Below, one piece after another: positions 35,381-44,827 of a DNA stretch of 64,000 bases (within the stretch, counting starts at the first letter, position 1; each line of letters opens with the position of its first letter). The position numbers and the translations under genes are program-made. Location of the stretch: assembly GCA_964490975.1 (NCBI GenBank), contig CAZBEQ010000012.1:1559-65558 (forward strand), in the 5' to 3' direction. The notes under the pieces were generated by a model, which did not search any database, had not been told where the DNA came from, and was given only the letters and a program-made list of their open reading frames with translations. This DNA is from an uncultured Oscillospiraceae bacterium (GTDB lineage: Bacteria; Bacillota; Clostridia; Acetivibrionales; DTU013).

Positions 35381-37751
35381 ATGGCCAGAAGCTGCGGAGC
35401 ACGTCTCTGAGACGGCAGCCATCGGAGGCTCTGGGAATAGGGCTCCATTCCGATGGGAGCAGCTCACGGTAAATGTGGTATGAGAACCGCTCATCGAGCA
35501 GTATCACAACGCCCATATCCTCCTCTGTACGGATAACACGGCCAGCAGCCTGCAGTACACGGTTTATGCCCGGGTATGTATAGGCGTATTCGAAACCATT
35601 TCCGGACTGCTCGTCGAAATGTCTTCGGATGATGTTTCTCTCATTACAGATCTGGGGCAGGCCTACGCCAACTACTATTGCGCCTGAAAGCCTGTCACCT
35701 GTCAGGTCGATACCTTCTCCGAAAACGCCGCCCATGACAGCAAACCCAACAAGGCTAGTCTCGCCGATGCTTTCAAACTCAAGCAGGAACGCCTGCCTTG
35801 CCGCCTCTGACATTCCGGGCGTTTGGTACAGTGTTCGTATACCATGACTTATTTCCATAAATCTGTAATAGACTGCATTCAGGTATTCAAAGGATGGGAA
35901 AAATACCATATAGTTACCGCTTTTAGCCTTGACTGTCTCAAGTACTGCTTTAGCAACGCTGTCGTAGGAGAACTGTCTTGTTTTGTATTTTGTCGATATT
36001 GAGTCGTCTATGTAAACACAAAGGTTTTCCTTTGGAAAGGGAGAAGGAATAGCCAGTGAATTTGCATCGCCGCCGCTTAACATTCCTATAAAATAATCCA
36101 TTGGTGATAAAGTCGCTGAAAACAACACTGAAGCCTTGCCCCTGTTCATTGCGTCCCGAAGCAGCTTTGACGGGTCTATGCAGAATAGCTTGATCTTGAA
36201 ATCAGATGAAGACTTGTCAAAGCATGTGACATATCTTTCATCATACAGCTCTGTTATCTTCATAAAGTGAAGGCTGTCATAATAGATATCCAGAAGAGTA
36301 TCCATAAATGATACCGGAGGGTTCCTTGACAGCCAGTTATCCAGAATGCCTGTAAAGCCTTCCAAAAGACTGTGGAGCTCATCGGGCCGGGCCCTTCTTA
36401 CACGGTAAAAGCCCTTTCCCTGGTCGTCGTCTTCTTCGGTCATAGATTTAGAGAGTTCAAGAAAATACCTGTATATCCTGTCCACTGTATCATATATTTC
36501 CGGGAGCTCTTCCTTTGCGGCTTTTTTAAGCCTGAAGAACGAGCGCTTTGAAAGCTCAGCCGAATACATGTCCCTTGCCCTGTCCACCAGGTTGTGCGCT
36601 TCGTCTACCAGAAAGCAATAGTCGCCTTTCTTTGTAAAATACCTTTTCAGATATACCCTGGGGTCAAAGAGATAGTTATAGTCACAGATAATAACGTCAC
36701 AAAGGAGGGACAGATCAAGTGACAGTTCGAACGGACAGACCTCATGTTTCTTTGCGTACCTTTCTATAGTCTGCCTGTCCAGAGAGTCCTCCTGCAATGC
36801 ATCTGCGACCGCTTTTTTTATCTTGCCGAAATAATTTCTCGTGTATTCGCAGTTATCTGCATTGCATATCTGTTCACTGCAAAAGCAGACCTTTTCTTTT
36901 GCGGTTATGGTCACTGACTTTATGCTCAAACCCTTTGCCCTCATGTCGGCAAGGGATTTTTCTGCAAGTCCCCTCGTCGTTGTTTTGGCGGTCAGATAGA
37001 ATATCTTTGATACAAGGCCGTCTCCAAGCGCCTTGACGGCAGGGTATAAGGATGCGATCGTCTTGCCTGTGCCGGTAGGGGCCTGGGCAAATAACAGCTC
37101 GCTGTTTTCAATAGTATCGTATACATTCTCTATAAGCTCCAGCTGATCCTGCCTGTATGAGGCATATGGAAAGTCCAGCCGGCTGATGGAGCTGTCCCTG
37201 ACGATGCCTTGATTGTTTATAGCTTCCTGCCATGCGAGGAAGTCTCTGACCATAGGCATGAAAAACTCTTCCAGGGAATCAAAGCTATAAAGGTCTATAA
37301 AGGATTTCTCCTGTTTGTTGTCCAGCTGAAAATAGGTAAGGCGTATGGCAACATATTCAAGCCCGCTTATCCGGGACAGCATATATGCGTAGCATTTGGC
37401 CTGCGCCCAGTGGAGTGGATTGTAATCATGCTCAATGCTGTCCAGGGGGAGAGTTGTAGTTTTTATCTCATGTATCGTGATACCGGAGGCATCCTTCAGC
37501 AAGCCGTCTATCCTGCCGCTAACCTCCAGAAGCAATTGGGTGCCCTCCAGCCGGAAGGAAACAGGCACTTCGGCCTCATAAGTGTCATTACCTGAAAGAC
37601 CTTCCTTTACCAGCTTTCTGACAGCAGCATGACCTCTTGTACCTTCAACAGCTCTTGACGGTGAATAACCGCCTGCCGTAAGGTCGCCTGACTGGAGTGA
37701 GTATTCGATCAACTCCTGGACTGAGACGCTAATTGTTTTTTTGTTTTCCAT
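35379..37751 (-). CDS. DinG/Rad3-like ATP-dependent DNA helicase with N-terminal PD-(D/E)xK (RecB/Cas4-like) nuclease domain
   Basis: Start re-set to the ATG at 37751 (MENKKTISVS...; AAGGTG RBS). N-terminal nuclease motif GRIDGLL....ITIHEIKTT, Walker A AQAPTGTGKT, a DEAH box (LVDEAHNL) and a C-terminal helicase_C_2-like region. Confidence 0.85.
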   Translation of the reverse strand: MENKKTISVSVQELIEYSLQSGDLTAGGYSPSRAVEGTRGHAAVRKLVKEGLSGNDTYEAEVPVSFRLEGTQLLLEVSGRIDGLLKDASGITIHEIKTTTLPLDSIEHDYNPLHWAQAKCYAYMLSRISGLEYVAIRLTYFQLDNKQEKSFIDLYSFDSLEEFFMPMVRDFLAWQEAINNQGIVRDSSISRLDFPYASYRQDQLELIENVYDTIENSELLFAQAPTGTGKTIASLYPAVKALGDGLVSKIFYLTAKTTTRGLAEKSLADMRAKGLSIKSVTITAKEKVCFCSEQICNADNCEYTRNYFGKIKKAVADALQEDSLDRQTIERYAKKHEVCPFELSLDLSLLCDVIICDYNYLFDPRVYLKRYFTKKGDYCFLVDEAHNLVDRARDMYSAELSKRSFFRLKKAAKEELPEIYDTVDRIYRYFLELSKSMTEEDDDQGKGFYRVRRARPDELHSLLEGFTGILDNWLSRNPPVSFMDTLLDIYYDSLHFMKITELYDERYVTCFDKSSSDFKIKLFCIDPSKLLRDAMNRGKASVLFSATLSPMDYFIGMLSGGDANSLAIPSPFPKENLCVYIDDSISTKYKTRQFSYDSVAKAVLETVKAKSGNYMVFFPSFEYLNAVYYRFMEISHGIRTLYQTPGMSEAARQAFLLEFESIGETSLVGFAVMGGVFGEGIDLTGDRLSGAIVVGVGLPQICNERNIIRRHFDEQSGNGFEYAYTYPGINRVLQAAGRVIRTEEDMGVVILLDERFSYHIYRELLPSEWSPIPRASDGCRLRDVLRSFWP

Positions 37752-37860
37752 GGCGCACCTTAAAAAGAAGTAATTATTCATTTGCATTATACAAACCTGT
37801 ATTTTCAAGTATAATATACTTGTTGGCCAATGAAAAGGTAAAATAAGGAGAGAATATATC

Positions 37861-38478
37861 GTGGATATAAACAAGGCAAGATACGAGCTTACAGCAGTGA
37901 AGCCCGACCAGTATCCCACAGTGGAAATACCTGAGATAGCATTCGTAGGCAGGTCAAATGTAGGAAAATCATCTATTATCAACACACTTTTGAACAGGAG
38001 AGGTCTTGCGAGGGTTTCGTCAGAACCCGGAAAGACGAGAGGGATCAACTTTTACAATATCGATGACACAATGTATTTTGTTGACTTGCCGGGCTATGGC
38101 TTTGCAAAGGTCTCAAAGGATGAAAAAGCCTCATGGGGCAGGATGATCGAAACTTACCTTAATCAAAGAAAGCAGTTGAAAATGGTATTGATGCTTGTAG
38201 ATATCAGGCACCAGCCGACAGCTGATGACAGGATGATGTATGATTGGATAGCCGAAAGAGGCTTGACTCATCTTGTTATTGCTACGAAAGCAGACAAGAT
38301 ATCACGCGGACAGGTACAAGGCAAACTGTCCGAAATAAGAAAGGCGCTGCAAATCAAGGCCGGTGCGGGACTTGTCGCATATTCTTCGGAAACGAAGCAG
38401 GGAAGGGATCAGGTTTGGAATGAGCTTGAAAGGGCTACTATTGAACAGGCTGTGCTCACTCCTCCCGCTATTGATTAG
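37861..38478 (+). CDS. engB: Ribosome-biogenesis GTPase EngB/YsxC
   Basis: 205 aa with a GTG start after AAGGAG. G1 GRSNVGKSS, DLPGYG and TKADK motifs. Confidence 0.95.
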   Translation: MDINKARYELTAVKPDQYPTVEIPEIAFVGRSNVGKSSIINTLLNRRGLARVSSEPGKTRGINFYNIDDTMYFVDLPGYGFAKVSKDEKASWGRMIETYLNQRKQLKMVLMLVDIRHQPTADDRMMYDWIAERGLTHLVIATKADKISRGQVQGKLSEIRKALQIKAGAGLVAYSSETKQGRDQVWNELERATIEQAVLTPPAID

Positions 38479-38526
38479 CATGGAATAACCGTTATGGAAT
38501 GACTGGCCTAAAGTGACCAGTGTAGA

Positions 38527-39039
38527 ATGATGATTATGAAGATATATTCGTTTGACCCTATAGCTGATAAAAACTGCAAAGTACTCATCCTTGGAACGAT
38601 GCCGGGCGTTATGTCGCTTAAAAAGCAACAGTATTACGGCTTTGAGCGGAATGCGTTCTGGAGGATAGTTTACAAGCTGTTTGATTGCGAACCGGATGAG
38701 GATTACCGGATGCGAAAAGAATTTCTACTAAGGCACGGTATTGCATTGTGGGATGTACTTAAAGCGTGTGAGCGTGAGGGCAGCAGCGACAGCGATATAA
38801 GAAACCCGGAGCCAAACGATTTTAAAGGCTTATATAAAATGTATCCTTCAATAAAGCATGTGTGTTTCAACGGCGGACCCGCTGCCAGACTATATCAACG
38901 CAATATTATATTTAACGGGGTAGCGGCGGAGCAAGAATTGATATTTTACAATTTGCCATCAACGAGTCCGGCTTATACGATACCATTTGAAAAAAAGCTT
39001 GAACAGTGGAAGTTGGTACGAAGCCTTTTGGGTAATTAA
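38527..39039 (+). CDS. Family-6 uracil-DNA-glycosylase superfamily protein (DNA-deoxyinosine / hypoxanthine glycosylase type)
   Basis: 170 aa. ILILGTMPGVMSLKKQQYYGFERNAFW and ..SPA motifs. The start is uncertain (ATG at 38527, 38530 or 38536). Confidence 0.75.
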   Translation: MMIMKIYSFDPIADKNCKVLILGTMPGVMSLKKQQYYGFERNAFWRIVYKLFDCEPDEDYRMRKEFLLRHGIALWDVLKACEREGSSDSDIRNPEPNDFKGLYKMYPSIKHVCFNGGPAARLYQRNIIFNGVAAEQELIFYNLPSTSPAYTIPFEKKLEQWKLVRSLLGN

Positions 39040-39186
39040 AGTTGAACCCTCTAGTCAAATGGCTGATAATGTCATCTATTTTTAAGGATTCTGTAACCAA
39101 AAACCACCAAGTTTTTGTTATAATTAAAATAGCTATAAATTTTATGTACATAAGCTTACCGTTTACAAATGAGAAGGAGGTAAGAC

Positions 39187-39759
39187 ATGAAACTCAGATT
39201 TAAAATTGCAACTACTGCGCTTATTGCTCTTCTTGTAATTTCATTGAGTATCAATATTGTATCTGCAGTAAACCAGTCGGCCGTTCCGGGCTCCGATCAG
39301 GATCCTATAGTGAGTAAGAGCTATGTGGATGCTGCTTTTAAAGAGTTATCCACCCAAATTCAGACGCTCATTGAACAAAATGATATATTAAAAAGTCAAA
39401 ATACTCAATTAACGGCAGAATTGGCTAATCAACAAAAAACAATAAAGACACTTCAGGATGAGATCAATGCATTGAAATCCAGCACAGCGTCGGCCAGCTC
39501 CGGTACTTCCACCGGGAGCGGAACAGGCGAAGCACAAACACCTGCAGCCCAGAAACCTGCGGCTTCATTGGGCAAGGGAGTTATAAATACGGCTGTGCTC
39601 AATTTGAGATCCAAGCCTAATACCACTTCATCGATCCTAGGTAAACTTCTGAAAAATGATACTGTCACTATTGTTTCAAAAAGTGATGGTTGGTACAAAA
39701 TAACCACATCAAAAGGAAAGTCCGGATATGTTATGGCCACATTTGTGACTGCGAAGTAA
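39187..39759 (+). CDS. Secreted SH3b-domain protein with coiled-coil region
   Basis: 190 aa. Signal/TM N-terminus, a Q/L-rich coiled coil, an S/T/G linker and a C-terminal bacterial SH3 (GVINTAVLNLRSKPNTTSSILGKLLKNDTVTIVSKSDGWYKI...GKSGYV). Confidence 0.7.
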   Translation: MKLRFKIATTALIALLVISLSINIVSAVNQSAVPGSDQDPIVSKSYVDAAFKELSTQIQTLIEQNDILKSQNTQLTAELANQQKTIKTLQDEINALKSSTASASSGTSTGSGTGEAQTPAAQKPAASLGKGVINTAVLNLRSKPNTTSSILGKLLKNDTVTIVSKSDGWYKITTSKGKSGYVMATFVTAK

Positions 39760-39777
39760 AGGCAGGCGAAGAATGCC

Positions 39778-40401
39778 TTGGATGGATTAAGGGAAATCAA
39801 GGTAATATCAAGAGTAAAAAGGAAGTCAATATACAAGAGAGTACTTTTTGTACTGTTTGCCGTTTTCATTTTACTGTCTCTGCTTGTGATTAGCCTTATG
39901 GTGCTTGGAGGCACTCCGGATAATGAAGTAAAAACGGATTATATGCTTATACTTGGCGCGGGGCTGGATGGAGAAGCCCCCTCACTTTCGCTGCTTGAGA
40001 GGCTAAAGACAGGTTGTTCCTATTTGAAAAAATATCCGGACACTATAGTAATAGTTTCGGGAGGACAAGGTACAGCAGAGAGTATAACTGAAGCCGAGGC
40101 CATGAAACGTTACCTTATCAAAAACGGTGTAGAAAAAAATAGAATCGTAATGGAAACTAAGGCAACGAGTACCATGGAGAATTTCAGGTATACCAGACAA
40201 CTGATCGAAGAGAGGTCCGGCGGAAATATTGCTGAGATAACCTTCGTAACAAATAGGTTTCATATTTTCCGTTCGAGGATGCTTGCAAAAAGAAATGGTT
40301 TAAGAGTAGCTGCACTTGCCTGCTCTGACTTTCCGGGCATCGAATCAAAGTATTTACGTGAGTATTTTGCGATTTTAAAATCTTTAATCTTCGACTGGTA
40401 A
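39778..40401 (+). CDS. YdcF/ElyC-family (DUF218) protein
   Basis: 207 aa with a probable TTG start and a TM anchor. Motif MLILGAGLDG...P...L..RL.......YPD..IIVSGGQG...ITEAEAM..YL. Confidence 0.75.
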   Translation: MDGLREIKVISRVKRKSIYKRVLFVLFAVFILLSLLVISLMVLGGTPDNEVKTDYMLILGAGLDGEAPSLSLLERLKTGCSYLKKYPDTIVIVSGGQGTAESITEAEAMKRYLIKNGVEKNRIVMETKATSTMENFRYTRQLIEERSGGNIAEITFVTNRFHIFRSRMLAKRNGLRVAALACSDFPGIESKYLREYFAILKSLIFDW

Positions 40402-40934
40402 CTCAACATTCGCTCGGCTGAACAGTAATGGAACTTAAGTAAGTTGTATTTGATTTTACAATATAGCACAAAGGACTGTGAAACGAAGAAATGGTAAGTA
40501 GAAAGTGTAAGATGAGGTGTGGATGGAGGAAGTGGACCACGCTACTCGTTATTTCGATTTTAGGACACTATTTTGAGGGAAAAGTCTTGTTTCATAGATG
40601 TTTGGTCATAAAACAGGCATTTTTACAGTATGACTCCGCCCTAAAGTTGCAATAATGTGTAGTGCGGTGCGTACAATTGAAAGTGCAATTGATGGTACAA
40701 TTGAAGGTGAGAGTATAATTTCTCATCGCTTGCCATAATTCAGGCTGTGGAGAAGGCGACCAGCCGGAATGTCATCGCGTCGGACCAACGAGAAGCCCAT
40801 CATTTCAAGCTGGGTAAGTTAAGTTGGAAAGTATAATTTAACAAATTGTTCAAAAAAAATTCGTAATTATAGAATAGAATATAATTAGTAACAGTTCCAG
40901 AGTATTATAGTGTATCTTGCAGGAGGTGGATAGT

Positions 40935-42233
40935 ATGGATAACAACTTTAAGTACTACAGTTTTGATAATTATGAGAGTAAGCCGCCCAAAAATAAGAGC
41001 AGTATTATGAAGTACATAGCGATCATACTTGTAACATCAATTGTCAGCAGTTCAACTGTCGGCGTAATTCTTTACAACAAATTTTCCGCAGATCTAAAGC
41101 AGGCTGCTTTAACTGCAATGAATGCGCCTGTGATGAACGAACTGGAAGAGGGTGATCAGCAGCAAGCTGCGGCAACAGCAGGCGTTGAACAGACAGCGCA
41201 GGAAGGACCAGCTTTGAAGGATTCACTGTATGGGGACGGTAGCAGTACAAAAAATATTAAAACGACAGCTTTGACAAAAGGCTCTGATGTAACGGCTATC
41301 GCAAAAGAGGCAGGCCCAGCTATTGTTGGTATCAGGATGACTATATCCGGGACCAGGTATAATTACTTCGGCAGTACTAATACCCAGGTAGGAGAAGGCT
41401 CTGGTATAATCATAAGAAAAGATGGTTATATAATGACAAATTATCATGTGGTTTATGGAGCAGACCCGAAGAACGGTACCAGTAGCAAAACGATACTCGA
41501 AGTTTTTCTGCCGGATGGAAGGGAAGCAAAGGCCGAGTTTAAAGGCGGCGATGAGAAAACAGATCTTGCGGTTATTAAGATAGATCTGGAAAACCTTCCC
41601 ACGGCTGAAATCGGGGATTCCTCGAAGCTGCAGGTAGGAGAACTGGCAGTAGCAATAGGAAATCCATTAGGCATGGAGTTCGCAGGCTCTGTAACTGTAG
41701 GTGTGATCAGTGCCCTTAACAGAACTATGGAGGTTGATGACAGGACACTTAACCTTATACAAACTGATGCGGCTATAAATGAAGGCAATAGTGGAGGAGC
41801 CCTTTTGAACTCTCAGGGCCAGGTGATAGGCATCAATTCGGTCAAAGTAGCGGCGTCAGGAGTTGAGGGACTCGGATTTGCTATCCCGGTCAATGATGCA
41901 TGGCCGATAGTTGAGCAGCTGATCAAATATGGCTATGTAAAGGGAAGACCGCTTATTGGGATTTCCGGTAGGGAGATATCCAGTGTATATGCGAGCTATT
42001 ATGGCCTGACGGAGGGTATCTATATAACGGATGTAACAATAGGAAGCGGAGCAGATAAAGCCGGTATCAAACCAGGAGACATTATTGTCTCTATGGCGGG
42101 GAAAACGATCGAGACTATCAATGATCTGGATAAGGTAAAGGAAGCCTATAAGCCGGGTGACACCGTGACGGTCGTAGTAAACCGCGATGGTAAAAAGATT
42201 AGTATGAAACTTACTTTTAGTGAGGAAATATAA
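40935..42233 (+). CDS. htrA: HtrA/DegP-family serine protease (S1C) with PDZ domain
   Basis: Start at the ATG at 40935 (AGGAGGTGG RBS). TM anchor. Catalytic triad context TNYHVV...DLAVIK...GNSGGAL. C-terminal PDZ (GIKPGDIIVSMAGKTI). Confidence 0.9.
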   Translation: MDNNFKYYSFDNYESKPPKNKSSIMKYIAIILVTSIVSSSTVGVILYNKFSADLKQAALTAMNAPVMNELEEGDQQQAAATAGVEQTAQEGPALKDSLYGDGSSTKNIKTTALTKGSDVTAIAKEAGPAIVGIRMTISGTRYNYFGSTNTQVGEGSGIIIRKDGYIMTNYHVVYGADPKNGTSSKTILEVFLPDGREAKAEFKGGDEKTDLAVIKIDLENLPTAEIGDSSKLQVGELAVAIGNPLGMEFAGSVTVGVISALNRTMEVDDRTLNLIQTDAAINEGNSGGALLNSQGQVIGINSVKVAASGVEGLGFAIPVNDAWPIVEQLIKYGYVKGRPLIGISGREISSVYASYYGLTEGIYITDVTIGSGADKAGIKPGDIIVSMAGKTIETINDLDKVKEAYKPGDTVTVVVNRDGKKISMKLTFSEEI

Positions 42234-42244
42234 AAAACAATAAA

Positions 42245-42271
42245 AAACCCCGGGGTCAGACCTCGGGGTTT
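42245..42271. terminator. Bidirectional terminator between htrA and the murA-like gene
   Basis: AAACCCCG (42245-42252) ... CGGGGTTT (42264-42271), flanked by an A-run and a T-run. Confidence 0.8.
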
Positions 42272-42305
42272 AAATTCGCCTTTATTTTATTTTTTTGAGG
42301 CTTGA

Positions 42306-43589
42306 CTAAATCATTGCTTCGCTTTCGTTCATATTTTCGCCTGCCAGCATAGAAATATCAGCGCCAAGCTGTTTGAAATCCCTTACGATATCTTCATAGC
42401 CACGCTCTATATGCTCGACCCCTGTGATCCTTGTGGTACCTTCTGCCATAAGTCCGGCAAGCACCAGCGCAGTTCCGGCCCTGATGTCACCGGCATGTAC
42501 CCAGGTTCCCGAAAGCTGCCTGTGACTGTTGATCCTGGCAATGCCGTTCTTTACTGCTATATCTGCACCCATTCTGTTGAGCTGGTCGCAGTGATTGAAG
42601 CGTTTTGGATAAATACGGTCGGATATGGTGCTTCTGCCCATGGCTTTGAGCAGCAGAACTGTTACGGGCTGCTGAAAATCACTTTCAAACATTGGGTATT
42701 TGCCTGTGCGTATCCTTGTGGCTTTTATCCTGCCTTGACCATATGCTGTTATACTGCTTTCGGTCTGTTCAAAAGAAAGCCCTATTTCTGTCAGCTTGGC
42801 CATACATGGTTCAAGATGCTCAGGCAGGACATCCTCGAGAATAATTGTACTGCCTGTTATACCGGCGCCTATCAGATATGCCCCGGCTATGAGCCTGTCA
42901 GGGGCGCAGGAGTGAACACAGCCGCCGAGCTGACGCACTCCATGGATGCGTATCGTATCCGTACCTGCCCCGTATACTCTGGCACCCATTTTATTTAGCA
43001 TGACTGCAGTATCTACGACTTCAGGGTCCTTTGCCGCATTGTAAAGTGTGGTCTTGCCGTTGGCAAGGACTGCTGCGAGCATTACATTGATCGTAGCTCC
43101 GCAGGTGACTACATCAAAAAATATCTCAGCCCCGGTTAAGCTGTCAGCTTCGAGCAGATAATGATCCTCATACATTTCCGCCTTTGCTCCAAGAGCCTTC
43201 AGACCTTTAAGATGCTGATCTATTGGCCGGGACACAAAATTATCTCCACCGGGATAACCTATTGATACCTTGTGGTGCTTTGCCAGTAAAGCGCCGGCAA
43301 AATAGTAGGCTGCACGGAAGGAGGATGAAAGCTTCGGTTCGATCTGCGCCGTATGAATACTACGGGGATCAATAATATATGTTCCTTCTGCTTTTTCATA
43401 TGTAGCGCCAATACTGCTTAATATCTGAAATACGATCCTTATATCTGAAATTTCTGGTATGTTTGAAATATGTACAGGTTCATCAGCCAGGCAACTGGCT
43501 GCCAGCAATGCAAGCGAGCTGTTTTTTGAACCGGGGGCTTTGATCCTGCCATTTAGTGGTTTGGAGCTGTTTACTTCAAGCCATCTCAT
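42306..43589 (-). CDS. murA: UDP-N-acetylglucosamine 1-carboxyvinyltransferase (MurA) paralogue with Asp at the catalytic Cys position
   Basis: Start re-set to the ATG at 43589 (MRWLEVNSSKPLNGRIKAPGSKNSSL...). The fold is EPSP-synthase/MurA-like throughout. The active-site loop YPGGDNFVSRPIDQH aligns to E. coli LPGGCTIGARPVDLH. Confidence 0.85.
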   Translation of the reverse strand: MRWLEVNSSKPLNGRIKAPGSKNSSLALLAASCLADEPVHISNIPEISDIRIVFQILSSIGATYEKAEGTYIIDPRSIHTAQIEPKLSSSFRAAYYFAGALLAKHHKVSIGYPGGDNFVSRPIDQHLKGLKALGAKAEMYEDHYLLEADSLTGAEIFFDVVTCGATINVMLAAVLANGKTTLYNAAKDPEVVDTAVMLNKMGARVYGAGTDTIRIHGVRQLGGCVHSCAPDRLIAGAYLIGAGITGSTIILEDVLPEHLEPCMAKLTEIGLSFEQTESSITAYGQGRIKATRIRTGKYPMFESDFQQPVTVLLLKAMGRSTISDRIYPKRFNHCDQLNRMGADIAVKNGIARINSHRQLSGTWVHAGDIRAGTALVLAGLMAEGTTRITGVEHIERGYEDIVRDFKQLGADISMLAGENMNESEAMI

Positions 43590-43632
43590 TTGTTTTCCCG
43601 CTTTCTTTTTGATAATAGTGTAACTAACTTTT

Positions 43633-43661
43633 ATTATACCCGTAATCATTGAAAATGTTAA
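43633..43661 (-). promoter_or_regulatory. Sigma-A-type promoter of the murA-like gene
   Basis: On the minus strand: TTAACA (plus 43656-43661), a 17-nt spacer and TATAAT (plus 43633-43638). Confidence 0.5.
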
Positions 43662-43690
43662 ACATATTTTTTACATAATACTCAAAAAAG

Positions 43691-43710
43691 TGCTAGAAAA
43701 TGCTAGAAAA
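43691..43710. repeat. Perfect 10-bp tandem duplication TGCTAGAAAA x2
   Basis: Read directly at 43691-43700 and 43701-43710. It lies between the Memo-like stop and the murA-like promoter. Confidence 0.9.
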
Positions 43711-43728
43711 ACATGGCAAAACGTAATT

Positions 43729-44778
43729 TCAATCCGGCACCCTGAAAAACATAGTATAATAGCTGGTCGTATAGTCGTATCCACCGCCTGTGATCCTTGA
43801 AGAATTGCTGTGCCCTGTCACCTCGATGTCTGTTGCGCCTATTGTATCCATGGCTGACAGCAGTGATATTATAGAAGGCGGTGAATCCAGATTGTCATTT
43901 CCCATTTTGCTTAATTTATCGATGTCCCAGGAATTTATCGCATCAAGCGATATCTCATCCATTTTGTCAGCTTGAGCAACTTCAAGATAATGCGAAAAAT
44001 CGATAGAAGCCAGGATAAAGATATCAGGCCTTTCCAAAACTATTTCAGACAGAAGGGCGCCGAGCTTTTCGGACTGTTCACGTGTATAGCTGCCATACAG
44101 TGTTATAGGTACTATCTTTGTATCCGGCATGTAATATTTTATATACGGCACCAGCGCTGATATTGAATGCTCATTCTCAATCAGCTTATTACTTTCAGAT
44201 GCTTTTGTTTTCTCCATTAATATTCCTGTAAGCTCACGATCAGCCTCCAGTGTACCGTAGGCTGTGCTCCAGCCGGTAGATGAGGTTTGGATCGAATTTA
44301 TGCCGGTCAGCTTGTGGTTAGGGCCTATCATTATAATTGTTGCCGGAGGATCCAGCGAAAGCTCTTTGAAAAATGAAGCGATCATTTTAGCTGCCAAAAG
44401 GTGATGAGGCAAAATGCCGCCCTTTACCGTCCCATACGATGACCTGGCAGCTTTATTGCTGTTGTTTGCAGCGTTGATCTCAGCCTGATTTACTGATTTG
44501 AGGAAATCCTTTTCGTTGAAATAGGGACATTTATGCAGAGGGACGATACTTTCTGATGATGATGCTTTATCCGGCACATCATTGTTCGTGGCCTCCGGAG
44601 CTTGGGCAGCTTGCCCGGCGGCTGTTGATTCAGCGTTTCCGGCCGGAGCTTTGTCAGATGCTTCAGCCGGAGCATCTGCGGTTGAGGACCTTAAACCGAG
44701 TATGACTGTGCCTGCTGAAAAAAGGCAAAGTACGGCTGCAATTATTATAAGCAACATTTTGCAGCCATGCTTTTTCAT
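43729..44778 (-). CDS. Memo-like protein (AmmeMemoRadiSam system protein B family) with N-terminal membrane anchor/signal
   Basis: 349 aa with a GGAGG RBS. MKKHGCKMLLIIIAAVLCLFSAG anchor, an Ala/Pro-rich linker and a core GGILPHHLLAAKMIASFF...IIMIGPNH...FSHY typical of the MEMO1/dioxygenase-B-like family. Confidence 0.75.
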   Translation of the reverse strand: MKKHGCKMLLIIIAAVLCLFSAGTVILGLRSSTADAPAEASDKAPAGNAESTAAGQAAQAPEATNNDVPDKASSSESIVPLHKCPYFNEKDFLKSVNQAEINAANNSNKAARSSYGTVKGGILPHHLLAAKMIASFFKELSLDPPATIIMIGPNHKLTGINSIQTSSTGWSTAYGTLEADRELTGILMEKTKASESNKLIENEHSISALVPYIKYYMPDTKIVPITLYGSYTREQSEKLGALLSEIVLERPDIFILASIDFSHYLEVAQADKMDEISLDAINSWDIDKLSKMGNDNLDSPPSIISLLSAMDTIGATDIEVTGHSNSSRITGGGYDYTTSYYTMFFRVPD

Positions 44779-44827
44779 TCGTTTCCTCCATTCAGCTAAT
44801 ACCTTGATATTTACTGTTATCTGTGTT

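Noticed and set aside
37752-38048. The ORF track extends the helicase ORF to 38048 (889 aa), overlapping engB on the opposite strand.
   Set aside because: The extension is hydrophobic nonsense antisense to the conserved engB G1 region. An ATG at 37751 with an AAGGTG RBS begins the recognisable helicase-nuclease sequence.
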